A DNA stretch of 64,000 nt from a virus. The notes under the pieces are model-generated. The model was not told the DNA's origin. It saw only the letters and a list, made by a program, of their open reading frames with translations, and did not search any database. Shown one piece after another: positions 55,691 to 64,000 of this stretch (within the stretch, counting starts at the first letter, position 1; the number at the start of each line of letters is the position of its first letter). Location of the stretch: positions 8,746-72,745 of the IMG/VR virus record IMGVR_UViG_3300035034_000461; one strand, written 5' to 3'. The translations under genes and the position numbers were made by a program.

Positions 55691-55721
55691 CTAAAATATG
55701 GTAACATGTGTTACAATAAAA

Positions 55722-57055
55722 TCAATACCTAGTCACGGCGTTTATAAGATTTTTAATTTGGGGACTTACGCGATCCACAAAATCTTCAGCAGTTCTAGCA
55801 TCTCTGCGGAAATCCAAATCGGAAGTATCCAAAGAAACTCCTATCTTACTGAGAACTGGTTTATTAAAGATACTACCGTTGTTGTGATGAATATGAAATA
55901 ACTTATCAAGTGTTTCCATCATCTTCACCGTCTTATTTGATTTATAATAATCTAATAGTGTTTGCGATAGCTTTGCGATCTTAGCCCAAGCATCTCCCCC
56001 AACGCTATACACTTGTTCCTTTCCAGTCTCGGGAGATACATAAACTTCCCCACCATATTCTTGGAACCAGCCACTGTTGGGGGATTTCCATAGATCAGAT
56101 GCGAAAAAATCGCTCATATTCGAGAAGGATGGCTTACCTTTTAAAATCATAGCTGGGGTAGGATTTACAAATTCTCCAGTCTTTAGAAGATATTGCATAT
56201 AACTTTCATTTAGCCATTCCTTCAACTCATCTTGATTAACCCATAATTCATCTTCAGCATGTTCCGACTCATCCGAAATTAGATTGGCCATACCAATGAC
56301 CATAACCTTGGACATAGATTTCGCAGCTTCTTCAAACATGAAATCTACTCTATCGTTCAACCCCCCGGGCATAATAGTTTGATCGACTTTATATCCGTAA
56401 TGTTTTTTACCCTCACCATATCTCCAATATAAATCATATAACGCATATATATCGTAAAACATTGTAGCGAATTTATTTGGAGGAGAATACGACTTCTCCA
56501 ATATAATCCTATGTAATTTCTTGGGGTTAATTAGTTCCCGTTTGGTAAATCGTTGCATTGTTATATTTAGATTAATCTAGTTTTTATCTCCATATAGATG
56601 CTTCTGAGCAATCATAATGAAGTGATCAGCAACCCAGCAAACCGCAGCAGAATACAGTGCCACGTAGAAAAAATTCTGGGAGTTTATAAGTCCAAAAACC
56701 AAACCTATCCAAAACCCCATACATAGGGAACATTTGAACAGTTCCTTAAAGAACTGCCACTTTATCAACCTCTCCCTAATAAAATTTAGGATTGAACCAT
56801 ACTTCATGATGTAGCAGGTTCCTATCATATAGACAGTTTGGAAATATAGTAGCTCCATTAACCTAAGATAATTTTTTTATCGCTGATAGACTTTACACCA
56901 TCGGAGATTAGCATCGCTTCCTCTCGCTTGACGATAATCTTGTTACCATTATCATCGGTGATTTCCACCATACCATTTTCAAGATCAGTAACCACTGGAC
57001 ATCCATTGTTGTTGCAGCAGAGCTTCACGCTATTATCATTAATATATTTGATCAT
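55722..57055 (-). CDS. hypothetical proteins (55722..56558, 56577..56858 membrane CxxC, 56858..57055)
   Basis: ORFs with TAAATA-type upstream motifs. Confidence 0.6.
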
Positions 57056-57105
57056 ATCTTCTATTTATCATTCATGAGATATTGATTTGTTTCATTGTTC
57101 ATAAT

Positions 57106-57741
57106 TTAATACCCCCAAGCCTCCAAAGAATACTTAAATGGTTGATTTGGTAATTCTCTTACCAAATCCAACATCTCAAATGCACATTCTCTAGTCTCTT
57201 GTTGCGTGTCTGGCTTAGTCCTCAAACCCCAAAAATGAAGATATGATAGAAGTGAACCCGTCCACATAAATTGAGTCTCCAGTGCCAAGGGTAGAATTAT
57301 CCTAGCTTGCTCTTTAGCAACACCAGCATCGCATAGATCCTTATACAAGGATGACCCCCTTCTTATATGTTCATCAATCCGTTCAATGAGATATGGAGAA
57401 TCGATCACCCCATCACTGCCTTGTTTAGATGAAGATGATTGCTTCCTAAGTTCATCAATCTTCCAGTAGTTATCACTGAAGTCCACATATCTACCACTGA
57501 TTGAGTTTGCGGACATTCCCGCTTGATGCTTGAATAGCTGTCTCTCCACAAATATAGGGCATTCAATCCTGAATTGTAGTTGGGGGTGTCTAAATGGTGC
57601 TGTGTGTTTATGATCCACTAGATACTTGATAAGTTTTTGGTCTTTTATATCAAAAAGATTTTTAGTCTTACCATAGCTGACTCTGGCGGCGTTCACCACC
57701 ATCAAATCATCACCAAAAAAATTAATTAATTCTGCTTTCAT
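57106..57741 (-). CDS. thyX: flavin-dependent thymidylate synthase
   Basis: VNAARVSY, HTAPF, RQLFKH, SISGRY, EQARIILP. Confidence 0.92.
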   Translation of the reverse strand: MKAELINFFGDDLMVVNAARVSYGKTKNLFDIKDQKLIKYLVDHKHTAPFRHPQLQFRIECPIFVERQLFKHQAGMSANSISGRYVDFSDNYWKIDELRKQSSSSKQGSDGVIDSPYLIERIDEHIRRGSSLYKDLCDAGVAKEQARIILPLALETQFMWTGSLLSYLHFWGLRTKPDTQQETRECAFEMLDLVRELPNQPFKYSLEAWGY

Positions 57742-57818
57742 GTTATATTTTATTCGTGATCTGCACCGAGATAATCATCTCCACCAAATTCACCCTGCTC
57801 AATTATAGCACTCTTCAA

Positions 57819-58049
57819 TCAAATTGCAACCCCACTTTTAAATTCTTCCTCAAATGGAATATCCCTTACCTCATGCTCAATGTGTTTGAGGTTGACTTCA
57901 TCTTGCTTTAGAAGATTTCTAATATTATCAATCCTAGCCAAAATCTGGTAAACCGTGGCAGGGGCATATTTCATAAAGTCCTCGGAATGAGAACCATTGA
58001 AACGGTATCTACCATCTTCTCCTTTTGTATATTCGTCTTCGTATCTCAT
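57819..58049 (-). CDS. hypothetical protein
   Basis: ORF in operon. Confidence 0.5.
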   Translation of the reverse strand: MRYEDEYTKGEDGRYRFNGSHSEDFMKYAPATVYQILARIDNIRNLLKQDEVNLKHIEHEVRDIPFEEEFKSGVAI

Positions 58050-58426
58050 TTTTTCACGATTATTTTCATAAACATTGGATACTTCTTGATCCGTCTTTTC
58101 GCTTCTGCATAACTCCCACAGAATACATCAATTACGATATTATTTTTCCCGAGTTTCTTAGATGCTGTTCGTTTTTTAACAGCACTTCCCGTATCTTTTG
58201 CAATAAGGTATCTGCCCATTTTGGGGATATATACCTTAGATCCATATGGGATGATCTTCGGGTCAACCGCAATGGTCTTGCCGCACACTGCGGTTTTTCC
58301 AGTTGCGGTAATTGTCCCAACCTGCCCACCATCTCCCGGCCAGTAGTAAGTTACCCGCGCCAACATCTCAACATTCTCAGCTTGGAGAGGCAAAGCCATC
58401 ATTAGTATTAATAGTATTTTTTTCAT
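58046..58426 (-). CDS. secreted 3D-domain (MltA-like) cell-wall protein
   Basis: signal peptide; TATG, AVDPKIIPYGS, DTG, IDVF. Confidence 0.8.
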   Translation of the reverse strand: MKKILLILMMALPLQAENVEMLARVTYYWPGDGGQVGTITATGKTAVCGKTIAVDPKIIPYGSKVYIPKMGRYLIAKDTGSAVKKRTASKKLGKNNIVIDVFCGSYAEAKRRIKKYPMFMKIIVKK

Positions 58427-58534
58427 AATTTATTTATTCGTCGTCAGGATGCGTTTGGAATATTTTTATCCATACCACAATTTACCACACGAAAATAAAA
58501 AATCAAGCCAAATACCGATATATATTCGATGACT

Positions 58535-59257
58535 TTAAGCAATCTTGATATTATCTTTATAGATATTATTGAATGTAAATGTTGCAATATTCCCATTTTC
58601 ATTTTTAAAATTTAGATCAGAATATAATTCTAGTTTGTCAAAATTAAATATTTCAAGAATAATAACTTCGTCCGAGTTCCAATTTTTATTACTAGCTAAA
58701 GTTTTTGCAAAAAATTGTGTGTAAGTTTTGGAATTTCCAATCATCAGATAAATCCTATTTCCATCGTGATTAAAATTAGTTTCTGATTCCCTTGGAACTA
58801 AACCAAACTTTTGAATTTTTTCTAGATATTTCTTATTAGTAACATGAAAACATCTTTTACCCTTAAGAAGATTGGGGTCAATTATGAAAGAAAATTTAGG
58901 TTCAATGAAAAGTCCAGTTTCATCATTTCCATATGGTTCAATAAACGCAATAAAATATCCATATGTAATAAGATTTTTTTTAAGATCCTCTATCATATTT
59001 TCTGATATGTCCTCATTTTTAAAAAATATTGAAATCCCCGAAGATTTGTTATCTTTATCGAATATATCAGATTGTATATGACTATGATTTGGATATTTTC
59101 TAGTTATCATAGAGATCACAGAGCTATATGGATATGATGTGATCAATCCTTCTGATAGAAGGATATTTTCCTTAATTTCATTCATACTTCCCACTATTCC
59201 ATGTTCATGTTTATACACAGAGAACATATCTCTGTGAAAATTTTTAAATTTATTCAT
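58535..59257 (-). CDS. hypothetical protein with possible ADP-ribosyltransferase/Tpt1-like C-domain
   Basis: FHVT..K..I.K.GL.PR and RIYL; start MNKFKNF at 59257. Confidence 0.5.
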   Translation of the reverse strand: MNKFKNFHRDMFSVYKHEHGIVGSMNEIKENILLSEGLITSYPYSSVISMITRKYPNHSHIQSDIFDKDNKSSGISIFFKNEDISENMIEDLKKNLITYGYFIAFIEPYGNDETGLFIEPKFSFIIDPNLLKGKRCFHVTNKKYLEKIQKFGLVPRESETNFNHDGNRIYLMIGNSKTYTQFFAKTLASNKNWNSDEVIILEIFNFDKLELYSDLNFKNENGNIATFTFNNIYKDNIKIA

Positions 59258-59303
59258 GCCAGAATTTATCACACAAAAATAAAAAATCAAGCTAAATACC
59301 GAT

Positions 59304-59996
59304 ATGAAGAAATATCTAATTCTCTTACTCATACCATTCATGTTCGTGTCATGCGCCAATGATATCACATCAGATGCCTATATCCCGAAGGCTCCCATTG
59401 TCACAGAAAGCGCGAAGCCTGATCTGGATAAGACTAATGTAGATATCGACAAGTCCATTGAAGGTAACGTGAGGATTGATGAGAATATCAAGGATCAGAT
59501 TCAAGCTCTGGTGGATCAAAATAAAAGTATCTCCCAAGTTCTCCTACAGGCAGAGACAATTAAGATTAAAGCTGATTCCAAAGTTCTCGTAACCGAGATA
59601 GAGGCCGTCAATCTAATCGAAGAACTGAAAAAGGTTGAATCTCGTAATTTACTTTTAGAAACTGATACAAATAAAATTTCGGGGATTATTAAGAAACAAA
59701 AAATTGATCTGAATACGGCTAAAGTAAATCTTAAAAATGCTACAGATAAGGCCAATGACAAAGAATCAGAAGCAAGGGAGGCTCAAGATAAGTTAGCTCA
59801 AGTATCCGCTTCTGTCAAATTAAAAAATGTAGAAGTCTCTCAATTGCAGAAAGAGAAGGAGAAGCTAATTAAACAAGCTGCGGATGCTAAGGTGTATAAG
59901 AAAATTATATTGTGGTCTGTTGGTATTTTCCTGCTCTGGTTGGTAGTTAAAAATGTCCTAATGGTTTACCTACCCACTACTAGATTCCGCATCTAA
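59304..59996 (+). CDS. lipoprotein with coiled coil and C-terminal TM (unimolecular spanin candidate)
   Basis: lipobox FVS-C at residue 17, heptad-rich middle, IILWSVGIFLLWLVV near the C-terminus; adjacent to holin and endolysin. Confidence 0.65.
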   Translation: MKKYLILLLIPFMFVSCANDITSDAYIPKAPIVTESAKPDLDKTNVDIDKSIEGNVRIDENIKDQIQALVDQNKSISQVLLQAETIKIKADSKVLVTEIEAVNLIEELKKVESRNLLLETDTNKISGIIKKQKIDLNTAKVNLKNATDKANDKESEAREAQDKLAQVSASVKLKNVEVSQLQKEKEKLIKQAADAKVYKKIILWSVGIFLLWLVVKNVLMVYLPTTRFRI

Positions 59997-60004
59997 ATAG
60001 TATT

Positions 60005-60391
60005 ATGAGAGATCCACTAGACAAAGAAAACTTCCTATGTGGAAATCGCCAAAGGTGGGCGGTTATATTCATATTATGTGGAGCTATTGTATTATTCGTC
60101 AACATCTTTATCGGGGTTGAGTTTGAACCTTCCCCATATATGCAATTTCTCATAGCCATTGGATCTCTATTCATACTAGGAGCATCGGGGGATTCTTGGT
60201 TAAAAACTTATAGTGCAAAATCTATCAAAGAAACTGTAGTAAAGGAAGAAACAAAAAGAATTGACAAGGCTTCTAAGGTTGACACCTCATCACCAACTAA
60301 GGAGGAAGTAGAGGAATTTCAAATTAAACATCAAGATGATCCAAGCTATGCTCCCATAGAGTGGACAGAAAAGCAGGAGGTAGAGCAGTGA
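60005..60391 (+). CDS. holin-like membrane protein
   Basis: two TM segments, charged tail, directly upstream of the endolysin. Confidence 0.6.
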   Translation: MRDPLDKENFLCGNRQRWAVIFILCGAIVLFVNIFIGVEFEPSPYMQFLIAIGSLFILGASGDSWLKTYSAKSIKETVVKEETKRIDKASKVDTSSPTKEEVEEFQIKHQDDPSYAPIEWTEKQEVEQ

Positions 60392-61176
60392 GTGGTTTTA
60401 AGATAAAATTGGTGCAGGAATTATTGAAAGATAATGGTGTGTATCGGGGTAAAATCGACGGAGACTTTGGAAAATTGTCTAGAGAAGCAGTTAGGAAATA
60501 TTACGACTTCCCCCTAGATTGGAATGACTCAAGACTTGTAGTGGGTTGCATACAAGTTATTTGCATTAAGAATGGATTTTCCGCTGGAATCATCGATGGG
60601 TTTTGGGGGCAATTTACCGAAAAGGCTTATAATCAACTGTTGACTCTTCTTGGTAAGAAAGAAAAATCCATCATCGTATCCCCCAATGCTGATACTAAAA
60701 AGTCTTATAATAAGTGGCCAAGACCTGACTACGATAGTATGGTTAGATTTTACGGGAAGGTTGGAACTAATCAAACTACGATGACGCTTCCTTATGAGAT
60801 GGAATTGGCGTGGGATTCAAGTGTGAAAATCAAAAGATTTACATGTCACATGAAGGTGAAAGATGCCTTTGGTATAATATTTGAAGAAACTTTAAAACAT
60901 TACGGCAAAGACGCCATAAAAGAATTACAACTGGATAGCTTTGGGGGGTGTTTAAATGTTCGGAAAATGCGCGGAGGATCTTCTTGGAGTAAACACTCTT
61001 GGGGGTGTGCGTATGACCTCGATCCAGATAGAAATCGTCTGAAATGGGGAAGAGATTCTGCCTATTTCGCTAAACCTGAATACAAACCATATTGGGATAT
61101 TGTGGAATCTCAAGGTGGTAAAAGCTTGGGAATATTAAAGAACTACGACTGGATGCACGTAGAGATGACTGATTAA
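60388..61176 (+). CDS. endolysin: peptidoglycan-binding domain plus M15 peptidase
   Basis: IDGDFG/IDGFWG repeats, R..RGGSSWSKHSWGCAYD, DWMHVE; GTG start with AGGAGG SD. Confidence 0.85.
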   Translation: MSGFKIKLVQELLKDNGVYRGKIDGDFGKLSREAVRKYYDFPLDWNDSRLVVGCIQVICIKNGFSAGIIDGFWGQFTEKAYNQLLTLLGKKEKSIIVSPNADTKKSYNKWPRPDYDSMVRFYGKVGTNQTTMTLPYEMELAWDSSVKIKRFTCHMKVKDAFGIIFEETLKHYGKDAIKELQLDSFGGCLNVRKMRGGSSWSKHSWGCAYDLDPDRNRLKWGRDSAYFAKPEYKPYWDIVESQGGKSLGILKNYDWMHVEMTD

Positions 61177-61430
61177 CGCTTAGTTGGTCGGCTATCGACA
61201 ATATCACTAAATTCATCTTTATTAATATACCAAAAAGGTTTTTTACCATCTTCGTATCTCATTTTTGCAAAGTCACTTGGATGGGCAATTACATGAGAAA
61301 TCAATCTTATCATGTTGGTTACATTGGAATCGTCCCAATTATCATCTCTCCTTGCTCTGATGAAAGCTAGAAATGGGAAGGATATAATTCCTAATATAAA
61401 AAATGAGAATGCTATTAATATGTATGCCAT
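61173..61430 (-). CDS. small membrane protein
   Basis: N-terminal TM; TAAATA-N5-ATG. Confidence 0.6.
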   Translation of the reverse strand: MAYILIAFSFFILGIISFPFLAFIRARRDDNWDDSNVTNMIRLISHVIAHPSDFAKMRYEDGKKPFWYINKDEFSDIVDSRPTKR

Positions 61431-61466
61431 AAATATATTTATCTCAACTCCGGTTTGAATTGTCAA

Positions 61467-61539
61467 TGGAGAATAGTCGCAGAATCGAACTGCGGATCGA
61501 GGATTTGGATACCCCACCTTACCACTCGGCTAACCATTC
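61467..61539 (-). tRNA. atypical tRNA, Cys-like body with CCA anticodon
   Basis: acceptor, D and T arms intact, U73-CCA; imperfect anticodon arm GGGGT AT CCA AA TCCTC. Confidence 0.55.
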
Positions 61540-61623
61540 TTGTTATGAGGATAATACTCTAGTTTTTATCATTGTCAAGGAATTGACTAAACCCCCTAGA
61601 GGGCATTGGAGTGAAAATAAAAT

Positions 61624-61697
61624 TGGTAGATCTGGAAAGATTTGAACTTTCTCTATTCCTTTCAAAGAGGAAGGTGCGGCCATTACACTACAAATCA
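61624..61697 (-). tRNA. tRNA-Gln(TTG)
   Basis: TTCCT CT TTG AA AGGAA; CCA encoded. Confidence 0.85.
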
Positions 61698-61708
61698 GTT
61701 ATAAAATT

Positions 61709-61784
61709 TGGAGGCGCAAGTAGGGATCGAACCCACGACCTGAGATTTACAAAATCCCTGCTCTGCCAACTGAGCTATTACGCC
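61709..61784 (-). tRNA. tRNA-Thr(TGT)
   Basis: GGGAT TT TGT AA ATCTC; CCA encoded. Confidence 0.9.
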
Positions 61785-61786
61785 TT

Positions 61787-61862
61787 TGGTTCTTGTGGTA
61801 GGACTTGAACCTACAACTTACTCATTAAAAGTGAGCTATTCTACCAATTGAATTACACAAGA
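61787..61862 (-). tRNA. tRNA-Lys(TTT)
   Basis: GCTCA CT TTT AA TGAGT; CCA encoded. Confidence 0.9.
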
Positions 61863-61864
61863 TT

Positions 61865-61939
61865 TGGTCTACCGTCAGAAAATCGAATTCTGCTTAACTT
61901 GATCCCAAATCAAGTGCCTCACCAGTCGGCCTACGGAAG
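61865..61939 (-). tRNA. tRNA-Pro(TGG)
   Basis: CTTGA TT TGG GA TCAAG; CCA encoded. Confidence 0.85.
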
Positions 61940-61945
61940 ATAAAA

Positions 61946-62023
61946 AGTCTAAGACATAGGAATCGAACCTATGATATTCTAATCACCACGGATTAGACGC
62001 TCTACCATTTGAGCTATCAAAGT
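61946..62023 (-). tRNA. pseudo-tRNA with extended anticodon arm
   Basis: D and T arms canonical; 7-bp stem TCTAATC/GATTAGA with 6-nt loop; poor acceptor stem, no CCA. Confidence 0.5.
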
Positions 62024-62024
62024 T

Positions 62025-62099
62025 TGGCTGACAAGGTAGGATTCGAACCTACAACCTAGTGATTAACAATCACCCACTCTGCCGTTGAGCTACTTGTCA
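62025..62099 (-). tRNA. tRNA-Asn(GTT)
   Basis: GGTGA TT GTT AA TCACT; G73-CCA. Confidence 0.9.
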
Positions 62100-62146
62100 G
62101 TTATAATACATATTTGTTTACTGTCGTTATGCATCCTGACGACCTT

Positions 62147-62221
62147 TGGTATTTCCAGCGAGAATTGAACTCGCATCTAATGGTTGAAAACCATTTGTCC
62201 TAACCGTTAGACGATGGAAAC
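62147..62221 (-). tRNA. tRNA-Glu(TTC)
   Basis: AATGG TT TTC AA CCATT; CCA encoded. Confidence 0.9.
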
Positions 62222-62223
62222 AT

Positions 62224-62298
62224 TGGAGCGTCATATCGGGCTTGAACCGATCCTACCCACTTGGAAGGAGGGCGTGCCACCGACAACACTTATGACGC
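62224..62298 (-). tRNA. tRNA-Gly(TCC)
   Basis: CCCTC CT TCC AA GTGGG; U73-CCA. Confidence 0.9.
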
Positions 62299-62300
62299 TT

Positions 62301-62378
62301 TGGTGGGAGAGGTAGGATTCGAACCCACACATGAATAGAGAATGAGCCTATGCAACACCAGATATTGCTTGCTCTCCC
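62301..62378 (-). tRNA. atypical tRNA-CAT (Met/Ile)
   Basis: ATAGG CT CAT TC TCTAT with a pyrimidine at 37; acceptor GGGAGAG/CTCTCCC A CCA. Confidence 0.65.
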
Positions 62379-62487
62379 ATTTATAAAATTGAATTTTACC
62401 CCTATGGGATGTCACATATCAATAATCAGTGATCTCTTGGGCTTTTCAGGTAATCCCTCGTCTTGAACCTATCTAATCTTTAAAATA

Positions 62488-62517
62488 AAAAAACCTCCAC
62501 TTTTTCGGTGGAGGTTG
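62488..62517 (-). terminator. intrinsic terminator hairpin upstream of the tRNA cluster
   Basis: minus strand aacctccacc-gaaaaa-gtggaggtt followed by a T-run. Confidence 0.65.
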
Positions 62518-62746
62518 CATCATATTCTAGTTTTTATCAAATATAATCAACCACCCCCGAACATTGTCGGATTCCCTTTCTCGGTCTGTTGATTATGTTT
62601 TTGCATCTTCTGTAAATCTATTTAGTGTTTGTAGTCTGAAAATTTGTAGAGGGGTATGATTGGATGATCGAAATACCGCTCAATTCGCTCCCCGTCAGGC
62701 GTTTCCTACCTGCTACTTTTTTATTTAATCACAGCTTCCTTAATTG

Positions 62747-63007
62747 TCAAGCGGCAATTTTACTCAGCCCCAACAAGTATCTCCGCAAAGGATGTAGACT
62801 ACCTTCTCCTTTATGGATAAGCAACTGACTACCATCCACCAGACTCTTTACCATATAGCCACTTTTCTTCTCATCAAGATCTACGAGTCCACGCTTCATA
62901 GCATCCTTGAGCATATTCATGATTGCTTTCTTATCCCCGTGAGATCCCCCACCCTTCTCCAAAATCATCTCTACATACAAATTGCCAATATCGTCAAATG
63001 AACTCAT
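62747..63007 (-). CDS. hypothetical protein
   Basis: TAAATA-N5-ATG; MSSFDDIGNLYVEMILE leader. Confidence 0.6.
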   Translation of the reverse strand: MSSFDDIGNLYVEMILEKGGGSHGDKKAIMNMLKDAMKRGLVDLDEKKSGYMVKSLVDGSQLLIHKGEGSLHPLRRYLLGLSKIAA

Positions 63008-63179
63008 AATATTATTTAACGTATTTCCTTCTCTTCATATGTCCACTGACTGAACTGTGCCAGTTCCTTTCTACGATTAAAGTCCCTTCTCATTGAAGAA
63101 TCCTCCGATCCTCTTTTTTCAAAGTCTAAAGATTCGTAAATTTCGCTTATTTGTTGTTGATCATTCATTTAATTATTTA

Positions 63180-64000
63180 TTACATTATTGATATTGTCTC
63201 TATGTGAGTTCCCAAATAATAATCAAACAATTGTTCAAATGAGCTTTCTAGCTGTAGAATAATGTCTCGGGCATATATAGGATCTTCAAGTCTGTAATTC
63301 CTACCCGTATCGTTCCCCCATGCCTTTTTATTACTATCAGTTAAATTTTCTGGTGGCTCATTGAAGGAGAGTTCCCCATCAGCCAATAAATACTGAGCAA
63401 AACATTCATATATAAACTCTCCAGTTCTTGGGAGTTTCTTCATTCTAGCACTACGAAACTTACCAATGGATTCAAATAAATTACGAACAATATGTTGATT
63501 TGAATATATTAACTCATTTCTACCATGCTCTAGCGATACACCATAGCAATCAGTTAATAGCTCACGGATTCCACGATCTATTTCTCTCATGAAAGGCTGG
63601 ATTGAATTATCATTATAACGCTTACGATATGTAGCGGCCATGGAATGTCCAATTCTATGTGCTATTAACCACGATGTAAGTGCCACCTTCTCCGCCGCAG
63701 AGTTATTTGTGAAGAATATGGTGATCTCATTCTCCCCGGGTTCTGGAAAATCCACCCCAGATTTTAATCCAAGTAACTCCTCAATCTGCTGTAGATCAAC
63801 TTTACCGACCTCTGAGTGCTTCCATGCGTTGGGTAATTTAACAAAATACAAATTAAAGTCCCAATTACCGATACGATTGAATTTATCTTCCAGCTTCTTC
63901 AATCCAGATGGAGATGATAATATACCCACGGATGCCTTATCATAACCATGTCTATTTTTCTTATCGTCCCACTTACCAATCTTCTGCATATTGGTAAGTG
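63180..64000 (-). CDS. hypothetical protein with zincin-like HxxxH motif, probably 5'-truncated by the window edge
   Basis: LIAHRIGH and a downstream E (YECFAQ); frame open to the window end. Confidence 0.5.
   Translation of the reverse strand, partial: LTNMQKIGKWDDKKNRHGYDKASVGILSSPSGLKKLEDKFNRIGNWDFNLYFVKLPNAWKHSEVGKVDLQQIEELLGLKSGVDFPEPGENEITIFFTNNSAAEKVALTSWLIAHRIGHSMAATYRKRYNDNSIQPFMREIDRGIRELLTDCYGVSLEHGRNELIYSNQHIVRNLFESIGKFRSARMKKLPRTGEFIYECFAQYLLADGELSFNEPPENLTDSNKKAWGNDTGRNYRLEDPIYARDIILQLESSFEQLFDYYLGTHIETISIM

Noticed and set aside
61460-61808. Plus-strand ORFs 61460..61645 and 61611..61808
   Set aside because: Antisense to tRNA genes.

Overview
This is a 64 kb AT-rich segment of a large lytic dsDNA tailed phage with T4-like regulatory logic; the lysis cassette points to a Gram-negative host. 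Positions 1-47.4 kb form a co-oriented (+) early/accessory region of mostly small genes. About 70 of them (hand count) start directly after a conserved element, TAAAAACTA(G/C)-NN-TANNNT-N6-ATG. It behaves as a leaderless promoter, usually supplies the upstream gene's stop codon, and marks duplication and cassette boundaries. The region holds a large paralog family of 21 ORFs (23 units) in three clusters. Each has an 'MKTIAQQL' cap, 1-6 variable 21-aa YD-like repeats and a homologous HTH-like C-cap. It also encodes RNA/tRNA repair enzymes (Rnl1-like ligase, kinase, phosphatases, PTH2-like, TilS with a tRNA-CAT), a DNA methyltransferase split at its DPPY motif by an HNH module, a Dam-like MTase, RadA/Sms, a DenV-like glycosylase and a candidate structured ncRNA. 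A repeat- and palindrome-rich non-coding junction (47.4-47.8 kb) separates this from a mixed-strand region with T4-late-like TAAATA-N5-ATG promoters. That region carries a CCA-adding enzyme, an Acb1-like 2H phosphoesterase, a Mom-like acetyltransferase, ThyX, a 3D-domain protein, a spanin/holin/endolysin cassette and a 10-member tRNA cluster. All calls come from reading motifs by eye; no database searches were run.
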